From contig CM052818.1 in the NCBI GenBank assembly GCA_028534125.1, positions 44,394,001 through 44,458,000 on the forward strand: a DNA stretch of 64,000 bases, in the 5' to 3' direction. A program made the translations under genes and the position numbers. A model generated the notes under the pieces. It searched no databases and was not told where the DNA came from. It worked only from the letters and a program-made list of their open reading frames with translations. The stretch comes from Lama glama. Taxonomy: Eukaryota. Each line of letters begins with the position of its first letter. Positions within the stretch are counted from its first letter, which is position 1. Shown here in pieces: positions 1-12,307 of this stretch.

Positions 1-88
1 CCTCAGAGCAGCAGAGCTGAGGTCTGAACCCAAGTCTTCTGAATTTAAATTCTAATCCACACTGCAGACAGACTTTGCTACCTTTCCA

Positions 89-141
89 AAAAATAAAAAT
101 AAAAATAAATATATATATATATATGTGTATGTATATATAAA
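89..141. repeat. A-rich / (TA)n simple repeat
   Basis: aaaaataaaaataaaaataaat followed by (ta)n and tgtgtatgtata. Confidence 0.85.
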
Positions 142-1214
142 ATAGATGATGTCATCTCAGGTCAGTAATGGCATACTGTTTAGACATTGTTTTAAAGCTT
201 GCAGTCAGAGAACTTGAGCTCAAATGCTAGGGAACAAAGGTAGAGAAAGATGTGTTGAATTTAGGGTCTGTTGGGAACTTAAAAGCTCCGGGAGGTCTGG
301 ATTCAGAAAAGAACTCAAGGCTAGAAATACATACTGAGGAGTTACTAGTTTAGGGGTAGATGGTTCCTGAAGCCTGGGCATGAATGAGCTGGAAGAGGAA
401 GAATGGGTTGAGTTTAAAAGAAGAACACTGGCCAGGCAACTGTGCTGCTCGTGGAAAACAGATTTAGAAAATGCCAAATGCACTTTGATATTGTCAGTTC
501 CGAGGAGCGGGTGCACAGCGGAGAAGGAGCAGGCTTATTCTCCTGTATAATTGCATCTCACACCTTCTGCGTAATACAGATTTGCTCTGAGATAAGCTAT
601 CTAGGACTTTGCATTTCTCTGCTGGCTGCTATCCAGCTTGGATTTGGCATTTCCCAGGGTGTTAACAACCGTGTCTGTATTTTGGTTCTGTACTTATTAG
701 GAGTTCTCTGAAAATAGCCTCTAGCAACTTCTGCTCGGTCTTTCTGAATGTGAGGCTGAAAACTCTCGCAGCTGAATGTAATTTTTGACACTTCATTTCT
801 CCCAGCGAGAACCGGGACGGGGATTCACAGTGGCCCCTGTGACGCCCGAAAAGCAGCATCTCTCTTGTTTCACGGAAGCCACGCCCACAGAGGGGCAGTG
901 TTCACTGGTGGTTGGCTTCTGCGGGTAACATACTTCTGTGTCTCAAAAGTGTAACACTGGTCCTTAATTACTCTCGAGTGGAAAGTCAGGCTGAGCAATC
1001 AGCCATTAAAAGAGAGCGAGAGAGAGATTACTAACATTTAACATTAATTCAAATCCTCCTAGAAACTAAGTAGAAGACAGAGTACACTGAGGAGAACCAA
1101 ACTAAAATGGGGAGAAAAATCATACATGAAAAATGAATATTCATTATGTGATGACTTAATAAAATGTTAAAGAGAAAGTTTGTAAGTTCACTTTTCCTTT
1201 GATCACACAAAAGT

Positions 1215-1425
1215 TTCTGATGTGTACTAGGAGCTAGACGTGGCTTCAGCATTTTCACATGTACCTTCTTTAACGTTCACAACTCTGGAAGAAGGTATTT
1301 TAGCACCACTGTACAGATACAGGAACTATTGTTCAGAGAAATTAAGTAGCTCTCTCCACATCACACAACCAGAAATCAATATGGCAGGATTCACATCCCA
1401 GTCTTCCTAACTGTAATCCCATTCT
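1215..1425 (-). mobile_element. MIR SINE fragment
   Basis: tgtacagatacaggaactattgttcagagaaattaagtagc...cacacaacc...ggcaggattcacatcccag resembles the reverse-complement MIR core. Confidence 0.7.
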
Positions 1426-1426
1426 T

Positions 1427-2196
1427 TGCTGGGAGAACTTGCATTAAACTGCATAGAGATTCAGGGCCCCATGTACCAGTCGTACATGTGCACACAATTG
1501 CAAGAGACTGAAACACACCAGGATCAGGACAAGGAGGCCAGTGGGTCAAAATGCAAAGACCTGGGAGGGGCCTGTTTGACTCTGGGAGCAGAAAGAACTG
1601 GCTAGTTGCATATCAGCTCTTCAAGGTACCAAATGAACGAGTCTTTTCAAAAATATGTGTAGTGAGCATCTCTTTTCCCCCTTTCCTATTTGTCTATTTC
1701 TGCTCCCCTTAAACCTCAATTATCAAAATGCAATAGCTAGGTAACATTTAACCTAACTCCTGACTTCTGCTCTACTGAGGCAAACAATGCCTTGCCTAGC
1801 CTGTTCCTGGGTTAAAAGGAGTCAGAATGAAGAATTAAGTAGTTAAAGAATGACTGACTCTCTACGCCAAGCTTCCCTTTAGTGAATCTGCAGGAGGACC
1901 CTGCAGGTAAGACAGCACCCAAAGGAAGACCAGGGGAAGCCCGTAGGTCTGCACACAATGGAAAGATGACAAAGAATCTGAACTCCTACTGTAATAATTA
2001 ACTGAGATTATTTCCCCTTTTCCCCTTTAAAAATTGTTATGGCCAAGCAGAATCTTTGGAGTTGGTCTTGGGACATGAGTCCACCTTCCCAGGTTGCTGG
2101 CTTTGCTGAATAAAGCACCTTTCCTTTCTACTGACACCTGCCCCTTGAGTATTGGCTTTTGAGCGGTGAGCAGAGAAACCTGAATTTGAAGACACA
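1427..2196 (+). mobile_element. Solo ERV1-class LTR; 5' boundary uncertain
   Basis: TG start at 1427, TATA-like tttaaaaa 2026-2033, AATAAA 2109-2114, ERV1-type U5 ttggcttttgagcggtgagcagagaaacctgaattt, CA end at about 2194-2196. No TSD found. Confidence 0.7.
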
Positions 2197-2199
2197 GGG

Positions 2200-3305
2200 A
2201 AATCCCATGAAGTAGAGGGATGGGAGTGTTTGAGCAATGAAGAGGAGCCTGCTGAGCTGCTGCCATAATGAACGGGAGAGTAAGGCTGGAAATAAGTTAG
2301 GAGTAGAATGTAGAAGAGTTGTGAATGCCATGCAAATAGTGTGGATGTTATTTTTCAGGAAAGAGAGGGACCCGGAGGTATTGAACGTGAAAGGTGAAGG
2401 GTGTGACCTGTTTTAGGTCTTATGCTGCGGCTGTGAGAAGGCTGGACACTGAGGGTGGAGGAGCAGGCAGTCCTATTTGGAGGCTGTTGGAGTGTACTTG
2501 GTGACCCTGTGGCAGTCTCGGCAGGAATGGCAGAAAGGACAGGTATCGGAGATACTAGAAAGAGGGAGGAGAATGAATAAAGATGATGTGCAGTTGGGAA
2601 GACATGATGGCTAATTTTACATATCAATCTGACTAGGCCACAGGGCGCTCCGATATATGGTCAAACATTTTTCTAGGTGTTTCTGTGAGGGTGTGCTCAA
2701 ATGAGATTAACATTTTAGTCCACAGGCTGACTAATGGTGGCTTCCTTAATTTGAGTGGGCCTCATCTAAGCAGCTGAAGATCTAAATCAAACAAAAAGCC
2801 TGACCCTCCTATGACAGATTTCTTCCTGACTGATCAATTTCAAACTAGGATTTTGGCCTTTTCCTGCCTTTTGACTCAAATAGAAACAATGGCTTTTCCT
2901 GGGGTTCAAGCCCAACTGACTGACCCTGAAGATCTCGGGGCTTCTTAGTCTCTGTAATTGCATGAGCCAATTTTTGCCAATAAATCTTTTTATATACACA
3001 CAGCCGATTGGTTCTGTTTCTCTGGAGAGCCCTGATGAATACAAGAGAACATCAGAATTCTAGCCTAGGTGAATGCAAATTCTGGTAACAGTTGCAGAGA
3101 TCAGAGCAGACTCAGATTTGGAGGAAGAAGGAGAATTCAATTCAGACATAAAGTCTGAGGTGGATAAGAGCTAGGAGACAGTTGTATGCATGAGTCAAAA
3201 GCCCAGGAGAGAGAGCTGGGACGAACCCAGAGACTTGGGAGCCTTCGGGAGGGGTGCTATAGTAGAGGGCGTGGGTTCAAATCACCAAGGAAGAGAGTCC
3301 AGGAC
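2200..3305 (-). mobile_element. LINE-2 fragment interrupted by an MLT2 LTR
   Basis: Purine-rich, L2-like text on both sides of 2603-3043 (gtgaatgccatgcaaatagtgtggatgttatt; ggaggctgttggagtg; gagaattcaattcagacat; gagacttgggagcc). Confidence 0.65.
2603..3043 (+). mobile_element. MLT2 solo LTR (ERVL class)
   Basis: Begins catgatggctaattttacatatcaatctgactaggccacaggg (consensus tgtgatggttaat...) and ends ttggttctgtttctctggagagccctgatgaataca; aataaa near 2979. Confidence 0.9.
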
Positions 3306-3827
3306 AGAAACACTCAGCTTAGAACGTTGTGACACCATGCCCCAGGGGAAAGTGACCCTGAATGTGTCCTTTCCAGGTACACAAGGCCTTTCTCCAGTTC
3401 CCTCTTTGAGAGACAGGACAAAAATTTCAAAGTCACTTTCCAGGGAGAGAATGTATAAGACGGCTCCATTATTGCTCTCCCAAATGGAGCCCCGACCATT
3501 CCTCCAGATCTGTTCAGCCCTTTGAAGAGTTATTTCTCCTTTCTTTGCTAGAGTTTGAACTCCCTTAATACATCACCATCTAAGCTCATTGTCTCTACCA
3601 TTCTGGAAAATAATTCACCAGTCTGTCCCTAGCAGGGACTTCTCTGTTTGGGTCCATTCTGATCAGGCAGGGCCAGGTGGAATTCTGGGAACCTGGACTG
3701 AGAGAGAGCTCCCTGTCCACTTAGACACAGGAGAGCATGAAGCACTCCCAGGATCTTGAAAACACCACTTCACACCAGAGATACGTTTTATACTAGCATG
3801 AAGATGAGCAAGGTCACCTGATTTTAG

Positions 3828-4035
3828 TCATTCATCTATCCATCCATTCACTCAACAGACATATATCAAACGCCCACTTGGAACCAGGTGCCTGCTGTGA
3901 AGACCCACAGCATCTGTACAGCAAGAATCACATGGATAAAACAGGGTTAATACTGCCTCCCTCGGTGTTACTGTGCAGACTGAAATAACCTGTGTAAAGT
4001 GCTTAGCACAGCGCCTGCCCACGGAGAAGCCCTGA
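3828..4035. mobile_element. L2 3' end (-) followed by a MIR 3' half (+)
   Basis: tcattcatctatccatccattcactcaacagacatata (L2 tail), then ctgaaataacctgtgtaaagtgcttagcacagcgcctg (MIR tail). Confidence 0.7.
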
Positions 4036-5029
4036 AATTCCCACACCTCCCCCTTCCCGGGGCCCTGCTCTTCATCAATGAGCAAATCCGGCTTTACTGC
4101 TGATTTTCTTTTCATGCAGCAGGTTCCTCCCACTTTGATTCTGTCCTCCTTCGACTGTTCATCTCTTCTAAGGTAGGTCACCATCCAATTACATTTTCAC
4201 TAGAAAAGCCTGCTGGTCATGGAGCTGAGAATCAGACACGTGATGCAAATGTAACCAAGGACAAGCAGGAACGATTACAAGTGCACCTGGTTGGGGCCTC
4301 TGGGGCGGGTCCTGACCTCCCGGAAGCTCTGTGACCAGCGGGAGGATGCTGACTCTCGCACTGCGTGTTCACGTGTGTGTGTGCGTGTGTGTCAGCGCAC
4401 CCACATCCACAGCCCCGTCATTCACCATCCTCTCCACTTAAGACCCAAGGTGGGCACAGGTAATGGTTTGCATCACGCCTGTGAATGGAGGACCTCCCAG
4501 CTACACTACATTTTAGCCTCCTATGAATTAAAGCTCTTGGAGGCCAGCGAACACTTTTTCTTTGATGAATGACTAGGAAAGTGAATAATATTCAGGCTCA
4601 CCCACCTCGAAGGCAGCTGTTCTTAGGATTAATTGGAAGGTTGGCCCGCGTAAGCCTCCCATATTTCTTTGGTAAGAAAAAAATTACACAATCATGTGAC
4701 CTTCATATTTGGTTCATGACTAGAAACAAATCTTCCCTGGCTGTTCCTTCCAAGAATCTGTGGGGAAATGAAACAGTGGCCATGTTTACAGGGCACTAAA
4801 TTGTGTGATTAACAAATGTGTTTGGACAGTCAGAGCAGAAAAGAGAGATGCCAGCGTGGATTTGCGGCCAGGATTCTGCACGTGGCTGCTTCGCCCAGGC
4901 CTAGCCTCCAAGGCAGGGGTAGGGGAGGCAGGCCCAGAGGAAGAGAGGCCTGAGAAAAACGTCTGCAAAGTGAGAGGGGAAGGAAGGAGGAGCCAGCCGC
5001 AGAGAGTCAGGAATTCCGAGCCTCTGAGT

Positions 5030-5100
5030 CCATTCCCCTTTTCAGAGACAGGGGAACTGAGGCACAGTAGGGAAGTAACTTTCCCAAGATTGTCTGTTGT
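5030..5100 (-). mobile_element. MIR core fragment
   Basis: ttttcagagacaggggaactgaggcacagtagggaagtaactttcccaag. Confidence 0.75.
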
Positions 5101-5200
5101 TTGGAGTGACCATTCTTCTATATTTGTGGTCAATGACAACCTGACCCAGGGTCACTCAAGTGTCTCTTCCCCTTTCTAACATCCTCCTCCAAACACCAGG

Positions 5201-5258
5201 AACATGCACACACCACCAATACATACACATACACACATACACACATCACACACACACA
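5201..5258. repeat. Imperfect (CA)n microsatellite
   Basis: acatgcacacacc...acatacacatacacacatacacacatcacacacacaca. Confidence 0.85.
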
Positions 5259-5379
5259 GTGAAAACGAAATGAATGTGTGGTCAAAACACAATACACAGA
5301 ACTGAACTGAATCAGCAGTGGCTCACTGACTGGCATCGCTCTGCTTCACATGATCTTGCATCTTTTGCGTTTATTTATT

Positions 5380-6540
5380 TGTTTAAAAACATGAAGAACT
5401 TCCATGACCCTACCACCTAAGGCCAAGAACTAGAACATATCTAGTTAAGTTTCATTTACTTGTGTTCCTCCCATCTTCCCTCCCCCACCAGACATAACCA
5501 TCACCGTCCTAAATTTTGTGTTTTTCCTCATGTGGTATCTGTGTACATTGCATCAATGTATTATTTAGTTTTCTTAATTTTCTTAATTTTTTATTTTATT
5601 TTATTGAGTTATAGTGTTGTGTCAATTTCCAGGGTAGAGCACAATTTTTCAGTCATACATGAATATATGTATATTCATTTTCACATTCTTTTTTGCATGA
5701 GCTACCACAAGATATTGTATATATTTCCCTGTGCTATATACATAGTTTTCTTAATTTTCAACTCCACGTTATTGTCACACTCTAGGTACCAGACTTATTT
5801 TTTCTATTTACAGTAATGTGATCATTATTGATCCAGATTATTTATCATTAAAGTTGATTGATTTTCATTGCTATATACAATATTCTCTTGTGTCATTATA
5901 TTACAGTTTATTCATCCATTCTCCTGCCAATAGACTCATTTGATTTTTTTTACTAGAAAGAGTACTTCTGTGAATATCCTTATACACATCTGGTACACAT
6001 ATGTGCAAGACCTTCCCCTAAGTATATGCCTAGGAGAGACCTGCTGGGTGCTTAAGTATGAGAATGTTCACACTTATTAAAAAAATCACCAATTGCTTTT
6101 CAGAACGATTATCGCAGTTTACACTTCCACAGCAAAGAAGCGGAAACACCACTGACCCATATGCCTTCCAAAACAGGGAACTGTCAAACTTCTTTAATTT
6201 TGCCAAATGGACACAAAATGGCATCTCATGTTGGCCTTGATTTCTAGTTTCAGATGTTTCCTTACCACGTGGGTCTCCCCTTCTGTGAAATGTCTGTCTT
6301 GCCTTTATCCATATTTATGGGGTGGATTTTCCCTATTGATTTTGTGTGTCCTTAACACTAGGATTTCATCAGTTATTGATGTTCCATGTTATCATCTCCA
6401 AGCTTGTAGATTGTCTTTTCCCTTCCTTTATGGTGTCTTTTGAGGCTCAGAACTTAATTCTAATGCAGTGTAATTGACCAGCCTTTAATTTCATGTTGGT
6501 ACACTGGATTTTACTTCTCAAACCACTGCCAATCCTGCAT
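5380..6540 (-). mobile_element. Ancient L1 (L1ME-like) 3' region, interrupted by a young L1 fragment
   Basis: ttcatccattctcctg...gaatatccttatacac...tatatgcctaggag...ccaattgcttttcagaa...tttacacttccacagcaa...aaatggcatctcatg are typical antisense L1M ORF2-end/3'UTR motifs. Confidence 0.75.
5583..5742 (-). mobile_element. Young 5'-truncated L1 3'UTR insertion with a perfect 17-bp TSD
   Basis: TSD tagttttcttaattttc at 5566-5582 and 5743-5759; T-rich tail on the left; body gttgtgtcaatttcc...cagtcatacatgaatat...atttccctgtgctata. Confidence 0.92.
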
Positions 6541-6589
6541 CACAGTTTAGTTTACACTTCTTATCTTTTCTGTACCTCGTAAACCTGGT

Positions 6590-6730
6590 GAGCCATATTT
6601 AACACTGTCTCACTTTACAGGTGAGGAATCTAAGTCTTGAAGGTAAGTGATTTGCCTGAGGCCACAAAGCCAAGATGCAGCTGTGTAAGGATCAGGGCTC
6701 CAGTCCTGTGTCACTGGGACTGCTCCAGTT
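6590..6730 (-). mobile_element. MIR fragment
   Basis: cactttacaggtgaggaatctaagtcttgaaggtaagtgatttgcctgaggccaca. Confidence 0.75.
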
Positions 6731-6769
6731 CCACGGTCCTGCTCCACCCCTCCCTGCTGGGCCAGGAAT

Positions 6770-7200
6770 TCATCCAGCCATCCTCGAAGCTAACAATTAT
6801 TTCAGGGTCTGATGTGCATGATGCATAGTGCTAAGCCCTGGGGCTAGAGAGATAAACAGGATGTCATCCCTTGAAAAGCTTGTGTCAGAAAGACTGTGCT
6901 GAGAGAAGGCTTTGCATGAGACATCTGAGCTTGGACTTGAAGGAGAACAGTCTTTTTCAAAGCGCGGGGTTTTAGAATAGGTGGGAGCATTCTAGGTGAA
7001 GGAAACAGCATGAGCAAAGGGACAGAGGCGTGAAAGAGCACGGTGAGGTGGTGAGCAGCAGGCTGTCCCACGTGGGGCGGGGTGGGGAACAGTAGTGGGA
7101 AAAGAGGCTGGGCGCAGAGACAAAGGTCAGACTGGGAAGGACCCTGAGTGCTCGCTAACCAGCAGTAACCATGCTACAGGCGGTTCTTTGGCTTTGAAGT
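6770..7200 (-). mobile_element. LINE-2 fragment
   Basis: gtgctaagccctggggctagagagataaacagg...ctgagcttggacttgaagga...gcattctaggtgaaggaaacagcatgagcaaagggacagaggcgtgaaagagca. Confidence 0.8.
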
Positions 7201-7479
7201 GCTGAGATCTGGCCTGAAAAGCCACTCTATCCTCTAATATCCCTTCAAGATCTCCTTCTTGAAGGTTTCTGCCTGCCAGGTGGGACATTCCTTTCACTGG
7301 TCCTCCATGTCTGAGGGTTTTCTCCTCAATGTACCAGCCTGAGATTTGGTAAGGAGAGCTTCCATTATCACGTATCAAGTAATTCATAGAATTCCATCCT
7401 TCCTGCTCTACTCCATCAACACCCAGTGAACACTGGCCGAGAGACTTGATCTCAGTGACAGCGTGGCCGAGCACAGGGA

Positions 7480-7645
7480 AAGGGGTCAGAGCGCACGCTG
7501 GGGTCTGATTTTCAGCACGGCCACTAACCATGTGACTAGGGCATGCTTCTTCAGCCTTCTGAGACCACTTTTGTTGACTGTCTTGAGGATTTAATGGCTT
7601 ATAGAATGTGTCTAAAGCAAAGGAAACACCTAACAGATACCAGTG
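7480..7645 (+). mobile_element. MIR fragment
   Basis: ggccactaaccatgtgactagggcatgcttcttcagccttctgag...tgaggatttaatgg. Confidence 0.65.
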
Positions 7646-8329
7646 GACTCCTACGTCATGCCCCCTGAAGGACACGCAATCTAGACAGAAAAAGAACTTC
7701 GCTACTGAAACCAAATGGAGAGACATTGAGTGTGAACTCGAAGGGAGAATTCCTGCTTTAGGAGAGACGACTGGCCCAGCAGCCCTGCCCCTGAGCCCCA
7801 AGCGTCATCTTCCCCAGGGATCTTTTGTTCTTAGATCCCAACTGCCCATGCTGGCTCCTGGGACTCACAAGCAGACAGGGGTAACTTGCACAAGCTTGGC
7901 CCTACAACAAGGGACAAAAGTCAAAACAAACAGTTCGCATCTTTCAGAATCCTCCTTCACGACAGAGCTGTCCAGTCTCACCATAATAATAGCAAGAACC
8001 ACCATAAAATAGATCTAATCAGGAGGAAGCAGGTCAACTGGCTAATAGGTTTCAGGGAACTTCAATTGGACATGGTGACACCCAAACACTCAAAATGACT
8101 TAAAGATGCACTTTCTCCAATGCTCATTTGAATCTGCTTAGAAGAATCATTATGTTGAAATTAACCAGGAATGGAGGATTCTTAATAGAGAACAGACAGA
8201 AACTTTTGTTTTAAATCCACAATACACATTTACATGGGTGTACCTCTGAAACTTGGAGAAAGTAAACTAGAAATCAGGGCAGGTAGTGCCCAGACTGGGA
8301 AAGTGCCCAACTAGACAGAAACAGGAGAC

Positions 8330-8430
8330 TGTGCAAAAGGCACTTCTTTTCCTGAACATATGGAATCGTTTCAAATAATACATCATCCACTAAGCCACAA
8401 AGCAAGACTCAACAAATTTCAGAAGAAGCA
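8330..8430 (+). mobile_element. Isolated L1 ORF2 endonuclease-region relic
   Basis: cacttcttttcctgaacatatggaatcgtttc...ctaagccacaaagcaagactcaacaaatttcagaag resembles the nucleotide text of the TFFS..HGTF..IDH.LGHK.SLNKF motif. Confidence 0.55.
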
Positions 8431-9929
8431 ATTCTGAACAGTGGGTGGAAGAGTCCCCACAGAGCAGTTTTGTATTTGCTTCTGATGTGTACCCCCGAAA
8501 GTTTCAATGGGCAGGACCCAGGTTCATGTTGTTTTTCTCAGCTTGGGATTTCCATAACAGGCAGGTGCCAAGCACGTAGATGCTCCATTGGCAAGTGTCA
8601 TGGTATTTCTCCCATGAAACTCTATCCCCCAACTCAGAGCCACGGACAGAGAGCAGCCTCCTAGCATCTCCCATGGGGTGGGATCTATCTTATTCAAAAT
8701 TCTCTAATTCTGGTCTCTTGAAGTTTAGCAACACTAATGGGAAATAATATAATTTTCTTTATTCCCCTTATTTCTCTATTCTGGGGACCTAGGTGGGTGA
8801 TGAAGAAGCCATGGGTCAGAGGTATACCAAGATATGCCAGGAATCCTTTGTTTCCATCCTCAGACTTGCCTATGAAAGGATAAAACATCCCATTTTACCC
8901 CTTTCGGAGTTTGATTGCTTTGCCGCTGCCGAATCTTTCTTGGCTTTTACAACTTTTGTTCATTCAGTTGGGCACACAGCAGGAATCTTGCAATCCATCT
9001 TCATCACACCACCATTGCCTAAAAGTCTCTATATTAGCAAAAAATTATTTAAAAAAAAAAAAGCTTCTCTATCCCCCAGCCTGTGCTAACCTTGCTGGAA
9101 ATAAAGGATAATTAGACAAGATCCATCCCCAAGAGCTAATGTTAATCTAGTTATTAAGTTATGAAGATGTGGTCAGAAGCTACGGGAATACAGCTTAATA
9201 AACGGAAATAAAGACAAGTGTCCCAGGGAAACACACTGCACCCATTCAGATAGTATTCTAATCATCAGCATCCCATTTTATGAAATTTGAAAATGCTCAT
9301 GACCTCGTCTGAGCCTCACCCAGCCCAGTGACCTGTGCAGGCTAAGAAAAACCAAATGGCTTGCCTGAGGTCAGAGCCAAGGGTGTGAGGGAAGTGCGGG
9401 GGGGGGGGGGGGCCAAGGGCTGGAAAGAGATGGGATTATCACACTCATAAAAATTCACCATGAGTTGAGCCACATGAACCAATTCAAGAAAAAGCAGATT
9501 CACACAAAATTAAACTGAGTAAATTTTTAATTCATCAAGTAAAATCTAACAAAATGGTTTTTTATTTTTTAGAGTTAAGTTCTAGTGTATTCAGTATACT
9601 TTCCCAGTGCCTACAAACTGACTTACGTACAACATTTTCATTAGTTTCATAAATCTGGCTACAGCTGTGTATTTCAAAGGAAGAGAAGGTCTGGGATGTC
9701 TCAGTGGCAGAACAGGTCCTAGGAGCCCCAGGGGGCTCTCACACTAGCTCGAGTTTAACTGTTCTCTTTCTGGCACTGGATCCAAGCTTAGATCGCTATT
9801 GCTAATTAGAGAAACAATTTAGAAGATCCAGAGGGAAGCCACACAGGCCACTGAAAGGCAGAAAAATCAGATGTGTGATTTTTGAGACGTGGGATTTATG
9901 ATCAGAGGTCAAGCATGGAAGAGGATATG

Positions 9930-10630
9930 CTGTAGGATCAGGGGTTCAAGTTCCAATTTATCATCTCTGAAGTAGGAGTGACAGTCAGAATTGTAAGGAA
10001 TATTTAAAATGCAGACAGCTTGAGACATAGTAGACACTCAAATTTTTAAAGTACTTTGGATACTGAAGTATCCAGTTTTCATCCTTCTTACTTTTTTTCA
10101 CAAATATTTATTGAGAGTATTAGCCATGTGCTGCACCCCACACTTATCATGTATTGTCTGACTTTATCTTGTCCTTTGCCTCATAACTTGCACTAGGAAT
10201 TGACATCCCCATCTTTACAGATGAGGAAAATAGAGGCTCAGAGGCTTTGTGTGACTTGCGCAAGGTTGGGGATGTGGTGTGTAGCCGGGCTGGATTCCCA
10301 CGCAGACCTGTCAGACTGCAAAGGCCTCACACACCGAGCAGCACGTTCTTGCTGCCCTAATTCATGTAAGAAGACTCGCAAGCCCTCAGCATCTACAATG
10401 TGTCTGAGTCTGTTCCAAGAGATTTACTTATTTAATTTAAATGTGCATATTTAACTCGTATGTGAAACATCTAATCTGCACACAGCGCCTTAAGGTGGGT
10501 ACCACTATTATCCTGTACTACACATGAAAAAATGCGAGACACAGAATTGTGTAACTCAACCTAGGTCCCATAACCTGCATCTTATTATATGAAGGACAGC
10601 ACGTGGCAAATCTGATATCGACATCCAGCT
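9930..10630. mobile_element. Cluster of three MIR fragments (+ 9930-10050; - 10100-10340; - 10450-10630)
   Basis: For example ccccatctttacagatgaggaaaatagaggctcagaggctttgtgtgacttgcgcaagg at about 10207-10265. Confidence 0.75.
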
Positions 10631-11589
10631 TGGGGACAATGTGGTCATGATCGCATGTGCTTTCACTCCAATGGAGAGGAATGAACCCAAGGGCTTCCCA
10701 AAACCTTTCCCCTCTCTGGATCTTATCGCTCCAATTTTAACCAATCAACAAAACCACCAACACTAAATGTTAGGTTGTTTTTATCCTCATAGGGATTTTT
10801 GTCTTTAACGATAAGGAAGCTAAACTCTGATTCACTCTTCTTTTAATACAGAATTCGGCCTCAATTAACCAAAAATTTTCTCACTTTACATTTTTTACAG
10901 ACATCTTTGTATTTGAGAAAATCAGCAATAGCTAAGGACACGAAGCCACAGAAAACCCCACTGCGATCTGCAGCTCTTGTGAGCTGACTCTCTCCATCTC
11001 TTGGCTGCCTATTTCCCTCTCCACGGAGCGGTCACAGGACCCAAAGGGAGACGCCGTCTGGATCCAACCTCTATTGCATCATCCTGGTGGAATGTGGACA
11101 CAGGGTTTTTGCAAGGACTTTCTGCTTAAGCCTTGTTTTATTTAAGTTGATATCATTCTCAGAGACTTAAATCTCATCCACAGTTGCTTGGAATCCAGGT
11201 TTCAGTTGGATTATTGAAGGGATGCAGCAAATGTGTCCTCCTAAAAGTTGAACTCAGCGGATGGTCAAACCAAAGCCATCCTGCCCCAAGGCGCAAAGCG
11301 AATCTTTCAGCTCATTACATTTTAAAGATTGCTAGCAGTCAGCAGCCTTTGGATTTATGTAACGTAAGTCATACATAGTAAAAAGCATGTGCTTGTTATA
11401 TAACAAACTTCATGTGAATTGGTTAAAATAGGGCAGGTAAACTAGATGTTGAAAATCAGAACACAAAGGCCCCCGACAGCTTGAAATGTACGCTGTTTAC
11501 AGTCATAAGGAGGTAGCTTGGGGTTTTTTCCCCTATGCTCTCCAATAATAACAGACAGTTGAGTGTCTGCAAAAACACCAGGCGCTTCT

Positions 11590-11790
11590 GCCCCGTGGCT
11601 CAGCAGAGAGAGCAATGGCTTTGGAGTGAGGTCAGACTACTTGGTCTCTGATATTCAGCGAGTTTCCCCACCGTGGTTCACCCACCCATCAAGCAGAGGC
11701 ATGCCACCTTACCAAGTCAATGCACGAGTTAAATGAAAAACCTTGCCAAGTGTCTGACTCAAAGTAGGTACCCAAGGAAGGATGGTCTCC
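11590..11790 (+). mobile_element. MIR fragment
   Basis: gagagcaatggctttggagtgaggtcagac...gagttaaatgaaaaaccttgccaagtgtctgactcaaagtaggtac. Confidence 0.6.
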
Positions 11791-12307
11791 TAGCCAGCTG
11801 CCCTTATCGGATTGTATTTACTCCTCCTGGCCAGCCCGGGAGCTTGGTGTGATTACAATTCCGATTTAGCAGGTGAGGGGACTGGAGCCCGCTGCCAACC
11901 TGACATTCCACTTAAGCGGAGGAGGGTCTTCAACACCAAACTAACTCCTCAGAGGTGCATCTCCATTTTGCATAGGTCATCCCGTGGGCAGCCGGTGCAG
12001 GTCTTCCGACTCTGCTTTTCTTTCCAGCTGCCTGCCATCTGGCACTTTCCCTGCCAATTAGCACCCCAACCACAGTACAGCAGGGGAAATCCAAAAGGGT
12101 GAGCCTCGGTGGTTAGTAGCGGAATTGTGTGGTTTACAAGCTTTGGGGGAAAGGTTCTTTTTTTATAGTTTGATAAATGAAGAAAGTCACATCTAAGCAG
12201 TGACATGAGTATTTTAAATTATATTTGGAGTTCAGTTGTCTATTATCCCGTCCTCCCACTAACAGGTAATTGAGAATGGATCATGGTATTTAAGAAGTGT
12301 TCTAAAC

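Noticed and set aside
7127..7801. Longest ORF (224 aa, - strand)
   Set aside because: It overlaps MIR and L2 relics and has no recognisable domain or exon structure; consistent with a chance ORF.
8880..9020. - strand acceptor (ttttag) followed by purine-rich, exon-like text
   Set aside because: All three frames hit a stop within about 60 nt, and there is no strong donor.
9930..10340. Oppositely oriented MIR pair as a dsRNA/editing substrate
   Set aside because: The copies are too diverged to form an extended duplex.
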